This document shows, piece by piece, positions 51,643 to 64,000 of a DNA stretch of 64,000 bases. The notes under the pieces are model-generated. The model saw only the letters and a program-made list of their open reading frames with translations, searched no databases and was not told where the DNA came from. Source of the stretch: Octopus sinensis. Its lineage: Eukaryota. The DNA lies in assembly GCF_006345805.1 (NCBI RefSeq), contig NC_043004.1, positions 3,968,001 through 4,032,000 of the forward strand, in the 5' to 3' direction. The translations under genes and the position numbers were made by a program. Numbering within the stretch: the first letter of the stretch is position 1; each line of letters opens with the position of its first letter.

Positions 51643-53462
51643 TGGTGCTACAGCATGACCGCAGTCAAATGACTGAAACAAGTAAAAGAATAAAAGAGTA
51701 TATATTGGGTGAAGGAATTATATTGACCTCGGAGGAACTGAAGTGGTCTTTTGTTAGTTGACCCTGAAGGAAAAAGACGAAACTATCCTCAGCGGGGATT
51801 GAACTGATAATGTATAAGACTATAACCGAGTATCTCAAAGTATTTTGTCCTATTCTCTACTTCAATTAGTCCAGTCTGACACTTTTGGTATCGGAGAGAA
51901 ATAATAAAACAGCGGAGAATTTTATTATTCCTGTATTTATCATTGCGACAGAGGTAATTGTTTCTCGTTTCATTGACAAATGTATTAACAAAAGGAAGGG
52001 AAATGAAATTTTTAAAAAAATATCAATCGACCGTGGGTCGTCAAAGAATCGATTCTCTCTAGAAAAACATAAAGTTCTACGCACACATACATATGTATAT
52101 ATGTATGTATGTATGTGTATGTGTATGTATGTGTGTATGCGTGCGTGTATGTATGTATAGCTCTTCAGAACAGAATCTTACGATTCCTTAATTAAAATTT
52201 TTCGTTACACATTTTTAGCTACGTAAAGGGGAGCGGCGTAAAATGATATGCCTTGCCCAAGGACATAACACACCACCTAACCCAGGAATCGAACCTAAGA
52301 TCTTATAATCATAATCATTTATATATAATCATTTGTATATCCCTTATATAACCTCTGCCTCGGCACCGAGCACTCATTTACTGGTGACATAAAGAAAGGA
52401 CATATCGACATAGGGAAAGATGTATTCTTAACGGTGTATTCGTCATTATATAAAGCTTTAGAAATTGTACGAAAACCCGTATTGAGTACTTTATTTTGAA
52501 GATAAAAAGATAAGCATACGTTGCATGCAGCAGCGGTTCTAGTTATGCTGTGTCGCAGACTCAGAACTGATTTAACTGTATTTTACCCCAATTTATGATG
52601 GAAAAATCGGATCTTGTGAATTTTCCGAAAGTCCCCTCCCTACCCTCAGGGTCGTCAGTGCACATTTGTTTTTTCATATTCGTTTGCCACACACGTATTA
52701 ACACCCACCAGGCTGGTTATTTATTTATTTATTTTTGTTCCCGGGTGGGGATCTTTATAATGACCTTGTCAGCTACCGGTTCAAACTAAAAATGGTGATG
52801 CCATCATACAAAAAGATACAATGATCCACATATTTCCATAAATGCCATTGAAATATTCTGTGTTGCATGGTCACGTGTTGGACGAGGCAGACGTGTTTTC
52901 ATTAGAACACCAATCGCATGCCGACTGGAAATTCTTGCCAGAGAAAACTGTTAAAAAAACAAAACTTCTGTTGTGTATGTTGCACACCAATTTAGTATAT
53001 AGTTACAAGGTGCTCCAGTATGACCGCAGTCAAATGACTGAAACAAGTAATAGAGTAAAGGAGTAATATTTACAATCTGGAATAAATTACAATAAAATGT
53101 ATAAAGTAAAATATAAAGAAGAGATTTTCATAAGGCAAGAAATTAAAATTATCACTAAACACAGTTCCGACCAATTCGATTCGATTCAATTCAATTTTCG
53201 ACACGTGACCAAGCTACAGTGAAAAAAAAACAGCAACTGTAATTACATATAAATAACACTAAGGTTTACTATAAATTCATTTATTTTCAACAAAAATCAT
53301 TTCTACATGTTCGAAACTACAGAAACACCAGACAACCTTTTATATACTACACACACACACACACACACATACACACACATAAACACACACATCTATGATT
53401 GATTGATTGATTCCAGTTTCAGCTCATGAGCTGTGGCCATGCTGGGGCACCGCCATTATGTA

Positions 53463-53653
53463 TTAGGTTGGTGAATAATTATTGCGACTTTCTATCAACA
53501 AAAGCAATAACAACATCTAACAAAAGCATCTTTAAATCATTATTCCGGAGCCTATTCACCATCTCCTTCAATTTCTGTTTGGAGCTTTATTTAAATTTTT
53601 TGTTGAATAAAAATTTATTGAAAAAAAGCCGCAATAATTATGCATCAACCTAA
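53463..53653. mobile_element. Mariner-derived MITE (191 bp) with Hsmar1/MADE1-like TIRs
   Basis: TA|TTAGGTTGGTGAATAATTATTGCG ... CGCAATAATTATGCATCAACCTAA|TA. Confidence 0.85.
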
Positions 53654-53681
53654 TATATAAATATATGTATATATAAGTGTA

Positions 53682-53723
<42 letters not shown>

Positions 53724-53757
53724 GTGTGTGTGTATGTCTGTGTGTGTGTGTATGTGT

Positions 53758-53805
<48 letters not shown>

Positions 53806-53936
53806 CAGAGAGAGAGGGAGTTTCTTTCTCGTAAAATAACGATATTATTTTGTCTGGAATAGCATCCAAACCCAAATTACATATATTCACAATTATAAAA
53901 CCATCCATCTGTGCTGTGCTGTGCTGTACATGTGTG

Positions 53937-53999
<63 letters not shown>

Positions 54000-54587
54000 T
54001 GTGTGTGTGTGTGTGTGAGTGTGTCTGTGTGTGTGAAATACCTATTTTATAATAAAAACAATACACCCTAAGCATAGCTAAAAATTATCGTGTTAGTAGT
54101 CTAAGCTTCAGCATTGTACGTTCTCAAGATGATGCTCGTGTCATTCATGTGTAATATCTCTTGCTTTCCGCTGCAAGCGCATCGAATGACACTTAAAACA
54201 TGACAGCTTCTTATCTTAGTGCTGTATTGGTCTGCTTGTTTATTAGACACCAATACAAATGTAGGTTTTATTGCTCATGTTGTAGATATCGTTGTTGTCT
54301 CCTTTGTTGAACTAAACGCATTTCTTTTTCTTTTTCCTTCCACTGTATTCACCTCTTTATTATCGCCTTAGAGCAAAATCCTCTTTATCATTCGGAATGA
54401 TAGTCGCAATAAAAGATTTCTAACAGCATCAAGGTCTTTTGCACGTTGCAACAAGTGCCATGCATTGTGGCTGAGTTGGCTGTCACCGTTTTGCTTCATA
54501 ACAATGTCTCGTCGGCTCTTAATTCCGAATCAGATTTTTCTCATTTTTGTATTTCGTTTCCATATGTATTATGTGTGTATGTATGCA

Positions 54588-54666
<79 letters not shown>

Positions 54667-54743
54667 ATATATATATATATATATATAACAAGTAGTATAG
54701 AAGCATTTCTGAGCGCACTGGTAGACATATACAAAATACAAAA

Positions 54744-54775
<32 letters not shown>

Positions 54776-55042
54776 CAAGAGAGAGAGAGTGGGAGACAGA
54801 CAGACAGATACAGACAGACAGATTGTCTGAAGGGTGGTACAGATTTTACATATTAAGAAAAAAAAAAGGTTTTGAATAATCCTTTATTAGCATCTTCGTC
54901 CCAGCCATAGAAACTCTTCAGATACGTTATACAGAAAATTCCTTTGCCTTTTATACAAATCGAAAAAGCATGTTTTTTTGTTTAGAAAAGGAGAAAGAGA
55001 AAAGAGGAAAGAAGGAAAGAGAAGCAGAAAGAGAAGACAGAA

Positions 55043-55073
<31 letters not shown>

Positions 55074-57309
55074 AATAATGTATTTGTGGATGGTCTGTGA
55101 TTAACAGGTGGCCGAGGCTTAATGACATTTCAAGATGTCTTTCTTTCTCTTCCTTCTCTTTCTTTTTCCTCTATTTTTCTTTTTTGTCCTTCTTCTTGTC
55201 TTTCCTCTGTGTGTGTGTGTGTGATTGGTAACAATGACTATTTCTTGCAACTAGTTGCTACATCTCCTTGCACATGCTGTTACCCAAACATTTTCCACGC
55301 AGCCACTCATGTGTTGGGTAATAACGCTACGGCTAAGAGAACATTCTCGACATCAACTTCTTTGTCCTGTTAACCACTCGATTATAGGAGCTGGGTCCAT
55401 TGTACTATTACTTCCGGAACGAAATCTCTTGCCAACTTTTTGGCAAAATGCCAAACAGCTTATTGTCAATCAGATTGGCTTTCATTTTTTTTTTTTTTCT
55501 CAGAACAGTTTGAAGATTTTAACTTTGATCCAAATTGATGACGATTTACAGCAAACATGAATTTTCGGATTTTGTTCTTTTGAGGAGCAAGCAACAATGT
55601 TGTCGGATCCTTTTGGTAGGGTCTTCAGCACCGCTACTATTCCATATCAGATCCATTGTCACACAAGTTCTCCGATATTCTAATCAGGACCTCCAACGTT
55701 ATCTTGTGTATCACAGTGCATTCATTTCAGACAACCATGTAGCATTTCTAAAGATCATATCCGGTTCCCATTTGTTTGACCATGTAGCAAACATGTATTT
55801 TGTATCCAAAATCAAGAGGCGTTTGAAAAGGGGATAGGCTATGCAGCTACTACAAAGGAAGGGTGGGGGATACCTAAAAAATTAGTTATAAAAGTTATAC
55901 CGTCATTTTGAATAACTTTGGGAAGTAATATACTGATCGGTAACAGCGTTCAGGTTACACTATGAACATCAACGATGTAAATTAAATCTTCTTGTAAACC
56001 GCGTAAAATAGCTGAAAAGGCTTCCCACTGATCCACTCTGAGTTTCGGTTCATTATTCCTGATATATTTTATTCTTATATCAACATTGAATTCAGTAAAG
56101 CTGAAGCAAAACATATTTTTGTTGGCCATTTTTGTTGGCCCTTGCTCTTGTCGGAGGAGGCTGCTTGTCGACTTCTTATAGAAATTATTTCCATGTACGG
56201 GTACATCTTTTGAACTTGATGCTTGAAATATTCAGCAAGGTCACCACAATATTTGATCCAAAGCTGTAACGGACTGCAAATTTCATAGACATTTTAACAG
56301 CATAGTAAAAAGCACTCTAAGACTCTTATCTGTTTCTGATACAGAAGCTTCTGTTGCAGCAAACTGAACCTCATGCTTTCAGTTATAAAGCATGTCTAAT
56401 TACGAGTGGGGCTAATTTTACTATTGACTATTCTGAGATCTTGGAACAAACTTGAACTTCCCATTTTATGGAAAAGCAAACGTAGAAAGAAAGGTACTTA
56501 ATGTATGTACATGACACTTTCTTCTAATGGTACAACCAAAAAAAACTGGTCTTCAGTAGAAGCAATTTGCATTCTTTTGCTGCGTTGTTTGTCGTTCCAT
56601 ATATGGTAGGACGAACGATGATGGTGTACCAATGAGTTTTCAAAGGAACACACACAGTTTGAAAAGGGCTTTAGGCGTTGAATCCTTTGGATATGAGACT
56701 GCTGTGCAGTTGTTATTTGAATAGAGAAAATTTATCAATTTTCCAAGTGAAGCGAAAGTTGCTAAATGCTTGGATAACTTCAAGAAGAAAAAAGACAAAA
56801 AGCATCAGAAATTTTCCTTGATTTTTTTTTTATGCTTTGTTGTATTTCAACTTCACTGAAATTATGCAACTCCATCATGGCCGTTTTACCCCCTGAAAAC
56901 TAATAATATGGTATTAAATCCCTTTACGTGATATTTGCAAACATATTTGATGAACTTGATTGAATTTCAGAACTCAAAGTTGATGAATGAATGAAATGTC
57001 ACCATCAGGAGGGGTGGGGAATGGGAAACTATTCTTTAAAGCGTATAACTGACCGGCAGAGTACCACATCCACTAATACACACGCACATACACGTACACA
57101 CATACACTTACACACACATACACTCACACACATACACCCACACACATACACACACTCACACACACTCGTGCTAACTAGCGCAGTATTCTGTGTTCTAAAA
57201 CAACAATCACTTTTAAGTGGAGGTAAATATTATCTATTATTACCTGTTGGTATTAACACTGCTTATGTCTCTATTAATTTTATATATACATTTAATATAT
57301 ACATACTTA

Positions 57310-57327
57310 CATACATGCATACATACA

Positions 57328-57370
<43 letters not shown>

Positions 57371-57397
57371 GCATGTATATATATATATGTATATATA

Positions 57398-57468
<71 letters not shown>

Positions 57469-57525
57469 ATATATATATATGTATGTGTATATATATATAT
57501 GCATATATTTATATCCTTGCATGTA

Positions 57526-57606
<81 letters not shown>
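57310..57606. repeat. (CATA)n/(TA)n/(GATA)n/(GACA)n/(GA)n microsatellite cluster
   Basis: Directly visible. Confidence 0.95.
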
Positions 57607-58106
57607 TAAAGAGTGAGGAGGAGAGTGGTGGGGAGATAATAGTAATTTTCTTTTTGCTCACCTCCTGCTGATTCTTTACTGCTGTGATCGTTAGATTCTC
57701 TCAAAGTCTCTCCTGATAATTTCACTAATGATATGACTTTCTAAGTATTTTGTCTTTGATATGAAATACTTCAAGATGTAAATATCGTTTCATATTAATT
57801 GTCGAAAAGTGTGTCTTTGATACGCGTCGCAGTGCACTCCATACGCAATACCTACTCAATACAATCACACATACTGAGATACATAATACGTGTGTGATGT
57901 TGGTGCAGTCCTCATTGGTTTGCATGCGCGTGTGTGTGTGTAATCATATTTTGTCACAAATTTACTCATATTTATTATATCTGAACACACGCACAAAAAC
58001 CTACGTGTGCACCAAGATATACATTCCACATAAATAATAAATACATACAATCTTACGAACACATACAAAAATACGCGTTGTTTACATAGATATGCATACA
58101 CATATA

Positions 58107-59717
58107 CAGTGGCGGCCAAAATGTTCAGAACGGCATTGTTTTCGTCAGAAAAGTAAGTATAAGTTTTTATCAAAGTAGTTTTATATTCTATAATTTTCAC
58201 AGACAATAAATACACTATTATTGTTATTGTCTAAGATTTTAGTGTAATTTGAGGGGATAATACAAAAGTTATGGATGATTTAGTGATTTACTGCAAAACC
58301 CATGGCGGCCAAAATGATCAGAACGGTTGAAAAATAAAAAAATAATCAAAAATGACAGAGAATACTGGAATTATTTAATATTTAGTGTGAAGCCCTTTAG
58401 CTTCAATCACACTCTGACATCTTTGATTGCATCAATTTCTTGCTGGGTGATCTTAATCCATTCTTCCTGAAGGGCATTCCATAATTACTCAGTTGTTTTA
58501 GGATTTCTGGCTTTCGACCGTTCTCCTAGAATATTCCATACATTTTCAATAGGATTGAGATCTGGGCTTTGAGCAGGCCAATCCATAACAATAACCTTTT
58601 CAGCCTTAAGGAAGTTCATGACCACCTTAGCCTTGTGACATGGGGCATTGTCCTGCATGAATATGGGTGGTCGCTTAGTTGAATTTCTCAGCACAGGCAA
58701 GACATGATCTTTTACAAGTTGTTTATAAACTCCTGCATTTACCTTTCCATGTAATCGCACCAAAGGGCCCACACCATCTCCAGATATCATCCCCCAAACC
58801 ATGACACTTCCTCCACCGAATTTAACACAAGTCTTAAGGCATTTAGGCGACAATTTTTCACCTACTTTTCTACGAACGTACCTTTTCCCATCTGAGCCAA
58901 ATAACATAAACTTAGATTCATCGCTGAAATGCACCGTTTGCCATTTTTCTTGAGACCACAACACATGTTTGGTTGCAAAGGTAAGACGACACTTTTTATT
59001 CTTGGAGCTGATCAGTGGCTTCACAGCAGGTGCTCTTGCTTGTAGGTCATGTTCAACTAAACGACGAGACACAGTTTTTCGAGATAAAGTTTTCTTCAAT
59101 ACAATGCTCATTTTCCGAGAAACAGCAGCAGCAGTTTTAAATCTGTCCTTTTTAACCAACTTTACCATAGCACGATCTTCTCTCTTGGTCGTTTTTCTTG
59201 GCCTACTTGTAAACTTTCTTGCTTCACACGAACCACAATCATTGTAGACCTTAAGAATACCGTGTACAACACTTTTTGACTTGTTAACAATCTTTGCAAT
59301 AGATCCAGTACTTAAATTATCCTTCCTTCGAAGCGTAATAATCTGCTGACGAATTGGTAACGAAGTAAGTGGCATTATATTAACAAAGTACACTGCAAAT
59401 ATTCTTACTAATGTTTAGTAAACGAATCGTCACGTAAACAAATTCAAAACATTAGAGTTCGCCGGTTAAATATACTAAAGCACGGAGTAAAAGCAACCGT
59501 TCTGATCATTTTGGCCACCATGGGTTTTGCAATAAATCACTAAATCATCCATAACTTTTGTATTATCCTCTCAAATTACACCAAAATCTCAGGCAATAAC
59601 AAATAATATCGTATTTATTGTCTGTGAAAATTATAGAATATAAAACAACTTTGATAAAAAATTATATCTACTTTTCTGACGAAAACAATGCCGTTCTGAA
59701 TATTTTGGCCGCCACTA
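58107..59717 (-). mobile_element. Tc1-family transposon, IR/DR type, 1611 bp
   Basis: TIRs 58107-58329 and 59494-59717 (about 93% identical by manual count), each with outer and inner TGGCGGCCAAAATGWTCAGAACGG-like direct repeats; TA flanks; transposase ORF. Confidence 0.97.
58485..59375 (-). CDS. Tc1 transposase (DD34E), C-terminally truncated by a premature stop
   Basis: Paired-like HTH, RPRKTT, FSDESKF, FMQDNAPCH and WPAQSPDLNPIE, with 34 residues between D and E. Likely ATG at 59375. TAA at 58485 replaces a Gln-like codon; the remainder (LWNALQEEW...AKGLHTKY, stop at 58375) follows with a frameshift. Confidence 0.93.
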   Translation of the reverse strand: MPLTSLPIRQQIITLRRKDNLSTGSIAKIVNKSKSVVHGILKVYNDCGSCEARKFTSRPRKTTKREDRAMVKLVKKDRFKTAAAVSRKMSIVLKKTLSRKTVSRRLVEHDLQARAPAVKPLISSKNKKCRLTFATKHVLWSQEKWQTVHFSDESKFMLFGSDGKRYVRRKVGEKLSPKCLKTCVKFGGGSVMVWGMISGDGVGPLVRLHGKVNAGVYKQLVKDHVLPVLRNSTKRPPIFMQDNAPCHKAKVVMNFLKAEKVIVMDWPAQSPDLNPIENVWNILGERSKARNPKTTE

Positions 59718-59834
59718 TATACACATACATACATTAGCATACACGCACAAGCGTGCGATTTTGTGTAATAAAATAACACAAAATACGAGGAAATTTATTA
59801 TTCTATGTGTATGTTTGTGTGTGCATTTCTCTCC

Positions 59835-59880
<46 letters not shown>

Positions 59881-60504
59881 ACTTTCATATACACACACAC
59901 ACACAAACGTACAGACACACGCACACATGCACATCTATGACACTTTAGAACAAATTTGCCTCAGTTCTGTACGAGTCTTTCCAAGCTGTGTATAGGTGTG
60001 TAACTAGACAAAAGACACGCGTACTGTTAAAGTTATTCTCAGGTTTTGTATTGATGTGGCAATGTTCCACACGATGCAATCCATAGGAAGGGATTCTACG
60101 CAGTTTCCGCATCGTCCTCATTTCACTCACAATGTTTCGATCGGTTGGCAGTTAAAAATTAAAAGACATTCAAAATTTCTCGTCATAGGATCAAATTCAA
60201 ACTTTTTGGTTTCAGAGTGAATTTCTGAACCATTTCAATGAGGAAAACCTAATTCTATAAAGTCTCAGAATTTGTGTAGCAAAAGAAAAAAAAATTGATG
60301 AGGCAAAAAGTGGTCGAATGAGAGAAGAGGCTGTCTTTAAACCTTCGTATTTAAAAGAAAATATCAGTAAGATTAAATTTCTTAAAAGATCTAAATAAAA
60401 AGAATCTAGTACTGAAAACTTAGTCAACAGAGGTGAAAGTGACAAAAACTTATGGGTACAAAAAGGGGTCAAATCTGAGGGTGATAAGTGAGGCACTATA
60501 TATA

Positions 60505-60567
<63 letters not shown>

Positions 60568-60577
60568 AAATATATAT

Positions 60578-61766
60578 ATGAGTCATCCCATAAATAATGC
60601 AGGTTTTTGAATTGCATGAACTAAAAGTCAGAGGTGGGTGGGATAAACTACCTCCATCAACTTGCTATAAAAGCAGGTAGTAATTTTACCTTGTTTTGAG
60701 TGCAGTTTGATTGTAACAGTTATTTTTTTCAAAGCTATAAAGGAAATTACAAAGCATATTCAGCATATTTTGCTTTATGAGTTCAATAAAGGCAACAACA
60801 CAACAGAAAATACGAGGAAGATTCATGCAGTATATGGAGATCGGACAATAAGCATAAGCCAGTGTCAATGGTGGTTCCAGAATTTCTGATCCGGAAACAA
60901 CAGCCTAGAAGACGAACCTCATCCTGGAAGATCTGTAGAGTTCGACGAAGACGTCCTGCAAACCCTGGTGGAACAAAATCTCACCGTAACTGCATACCAT
61001 CGAAAAAGTCAGCAAATTGAATCAATGGGTTCCTCACAAACCTTCCGAGTCTAATCACGTGCAGAATGAATGTGCATTCTTCTTTGTTGTCATGTCTCAC
61101 GGATGAACCTTTCTTGGATCGAATAGTGACTGGTGACGAGAAATGGGCTCTCCATAAAAATGTCAAGCACCGAAGACAGTGGGTAGGGAAAGGAGAAACA
61201 CCGGCAGCCCAAGCTAAAGAAGGTCTTAATCCACGTCTGGTATTGTTATCTGTTTAGTGGGATAGAAAAGGTTTAGTCCACTTCGAACTTTTAAATCCAA
61301 ACCAAACGATAGCAAAGATCTACTGAGAGTAGCTTGAGCAGCTGATGTCAGCACTAGAAGAAAAATGACCGTCTTTGGTTTCAAGACGAAAGGTGTTCTT
61401 CCATCAGGATAATGCTCGGCCACATACAGCGAGGATGGCATTCCAAAGGCTGGAGCAATTTGAATGGGAAATGATATCTCATCCATCAAATTCGCTGGAC
61501 ATTGCCCCATCTGATTATCATTTATTCTGCAGTGTTCAAAATCATTTGGCCGGAAAAAATATGAATTCTGTAGATGAGGTCAGAACAGTACTGGAGGAAT
61601 ATTCTTCATCATGGACAAGTGCATTTCGGAAGAGGGGCCTTGCAAATCGACCAAGTAGATGTAGAAGGAGAGTATATTTTAGATCTAAAAACAAAAACTT
61701 TGTTTATCTTAATTTTGAAAAATAAAAGAAGTATTTAAAAAACGCATTATTTATGGGATGACCCAA
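60578..61766 (+). mobile_element. Decayed mariner (DD34D) transposon, about 1.19 kb
   Basis: TIRs GTCATCCCATAAATAATGC / GCATTATTTATGGGATGAC with TA at the right end. ILLYEFNKG, QWWFQNF, WVPH, IVTGDEKW, FHQDNARPH and DIAPSDYHLF (34 residues between D and D); stops and a deletion. Confidence 0.93.
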
Positions 61767-61996
61767 TATATGTATGTATGTGTTTGTGTGTATGTATGTA
61801 TGTATGTATGTATGTATGTATGTATGTATGTATGTATATGATAGTTTCTCTCGTCCGTTTCAACGCATGACGAACCGACACATTACTCTTTCTTTGTCAG
61901 TCATAAGGCTTATGAAAAAAATGTGACTTTTGAGTCCCACCAACGATTTGCAAAGAAGCCTGCAAATGTTGCAAGTATAAGGATTACGGCTCAATG

Positions 61997-62331
61997 AAGG
62001 CACATGGCTCAGTGTTTAGAGCATCGAGCTTACGATCGTGAGATTGTGAGTTCGAATGCCGGACCGGGCTGCGTGTTGTGTTCTTGAGCAAGACACTTTA
62101 TTTCACGCTGCTCCAGTTCACTCAGCTGTAGAAATGAGTTGCGACGTCACAGGTGCTGCCAAGCTGTATCGGCGCCTTTGCTTTTCCCTTGGATAACATC
62201 GGTGGCTGGGAGAGGGGAGGCCAATATGCATGGGCGACTGTTGGTCTTCCATAAACAACCTTGCCCAGACTTATGCCTCGGAGGGTTACTTTGTAGGTGC
62301 AATCCCATGGTCATTCATGACCGAAGGGGGT
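61997..62331 (+). mobile_element. tRNA-derived SINE with a V/Meta-like core
   Basis: GGCACATGGCTCAGTGTTTAG (A box), GAGTTCGAATGCC (B box), TTGAGCAAGACACTTTATTTCACGCTGCTCCAG. Confidence 0.8.
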
Positions 62332-62472
62332 CGCGACGCAGGTGGTATAGTTGCAGTTGCTTTTCTCCCTTGCATTGCACCCCTAAACCTGTTAATGCTG
62401 GCTGGAACAAAGTCTCTAATACCATTTGGACACAACAATCTCCATTTTGTTCGCCCCAAATATGCATATGTA

Positions 62473-62995
62473 CCGTAAATCCTCGAGTATAGTCTGCCCT
62501 TGAGTATAATACGCAGGGGATTTTTATGGGGTTGTACTTCTGAAAAACCTAAACCCTGTGTATAATACGCACCCCTTCTCTAACTTGAGTTGTGCGTAAT
62601 TAAGCCAGCAGCACCGAGTCGAACAAATACTTCTGCGCATGCGTAATACAATAATGCTGATGTTCTTAACTGTTATATGGGAATGTAAATATGTTTGCAA
62701 ATTGTTTTTGTTACATGTTATTCTGTGTTCCGAATACTTTTATTTTAATAAATGTTGCTTACTGAAAGTTATGGACGATTCTTTTATGACTTCATTGCTT
62801 TCAGGCTTAGCTTAAGGTATTTTCGCACCCGACATCACAAAATGCGTCTGAATAAATATTGCCGGAGAGCAAATAGAGACTCAGACATTGCTTAGAAAAT
62901 AATTTTCATTTTTAACCTCGTATACAGTACGCACTAGGGATTTTGACCTTAAAATTTTGGGGCAAAAAATGCAGATTATATTCGAGGATTTACGG
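62473..62995. mobile_element. pogo/Tigger-like MITE (523 bp)
   Basis: TA|CCGTAAATCCTCGAGTATAGTCTGC ... GCAGATTATATTCGAGGATTTACGG|TA (23/25). Confidence 0.85.
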
Positions 62996-64000
62996 TATTT
63001 ATGTAGCTATATAATAAAAGGCTTCTAGAATAAACCAGCTTTTCATTTTATTTCGAAAATTTATTTGTAATTTCGCGAGTACTGTATTGCGACTTTTAAA
63101 AGAGTTTCTTCAAAATTATAATTTTCTTAAAAGTTCCCCATTTTCCCATACCAACATTCCAGATGTTTTTAAACTCCACCGTTCATTTCTGCATGGGTGG
63201 ATTGGGGTAGGGAAGCTGAAATTAACAGCCAAAGTTTTGAAAAATAGTTTTCCCAAAATTTCACTTGTTTAAATCACCTTTTCCAGTTTTCGGAATAAAA
63301 CTCGTCTCACAAAAATAAGGACAGCATCATCACTTGTTCCTACTCACCCCAACCAATATATATCAAAATATTTGATAAATTCTTCTCTTCCCACTCTTAC
63401 ACCAAAACCCCGTTTAAGTCTTCAGAGCGAAAATCAAATTTAATGTAAATTTGTAAAAATTTAATGTAAATTTTTCTTAATACATGCTTCCATGCAGATT
63501 TTTATAGATTTGCAATTGGCTTCTTTCCCCGACAAAAACGTTTCCTGTTACCTGGTTCGTGTCTTAGTCATCAGTATATGATTCCATTCACATCTAGAAT
63601 ACAATGAAGCAATGCTTTTCATTGGAGCGAAACGGGTCCCTGGGTGTTGTGAGGATTAAAAACTAGGCGGACAATTATTACGCTTAAAAATATTTAGGAT
63701 TGCTTAAAACAACTAAAACTTACTTGTTCGATATTATAGCAACGATAGACTCGTGGTGTGCTTAAAGTATTTCTTGAAGACGTGAACATGATCAGACCGT
63801 TTTTGTCTCAAATCGGTTGACTCACATTTGCTATTCTGCTTTCTGACTGGTAGTATCAGTTAATACATCTACTGTTGCTTTATTGGTATTTTTCAACACA
63901 CGAATTAAACGCATGAACCCACGTGAAGAATCTTGCAAACCAAATCCAAAAACGATATATATTAATATATATATATGCGTGTGTGTGTGTATATAAAGCA

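Noticed and set aside
55230-56750. Possible decayed piggyBac or LINE remnant on the minus strand (Cys-rich CRECS..CVENVW; VRPTIYG)
   Set aside because: Motifs are too fragmentary and point to different families; no termini found.

Overview
AT-rich, microsatellite-saturated eukaryotic DNA. The SINE, LINE and MITE families look like those of an octopus (coleoid cephalopod) genome; this is inferred from recognised repeat families, not from a search. I found no host protein-coding exon, rRNA, true tRNA or CRISPR array, so the window reads as intergenic or deep intronic. Almost all long ORFs in the track are translated microsatellites or transposon remnants. Interpretable content: (1) an almost intact IR/DR-type Tc1 (DD34E) element at 58107-59717; (2) three decayed DD34D-type mariners, a DUF4817-type Tc1/mariner, and several MITEs (Tc1, mariner, pogo/Tigger, hAT, palindromic); (3) a non-autonomous Helitron nested in an unclassified element with 136-bp inverted repeats; (4) many R4/Dong-clade LINE pieces, including two young 3' ends in an (AAT)n tract; (5) RTE, L1/Tx1, gypsy and Penelope-like remnants; (6) several tRNA-derived SINE families. 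Most notable: four minimal hammerhead-ribozyme-like motifs with a compensatory base-pair change, a Penelope-like inverted and permuted unit, retroelements repeatedly sitting in specific microsatellites, an RTE tail with three C2H2 fingers, a 75-bp fold-back at a Tx1 5' junction, and a SINE with tandem 184-bp internal units inside one 15-bp target-site duplication (TSD). All family names come from motif recognition by eye and need Dfam/Repbase/HMM confirmation; identities are manual counts.
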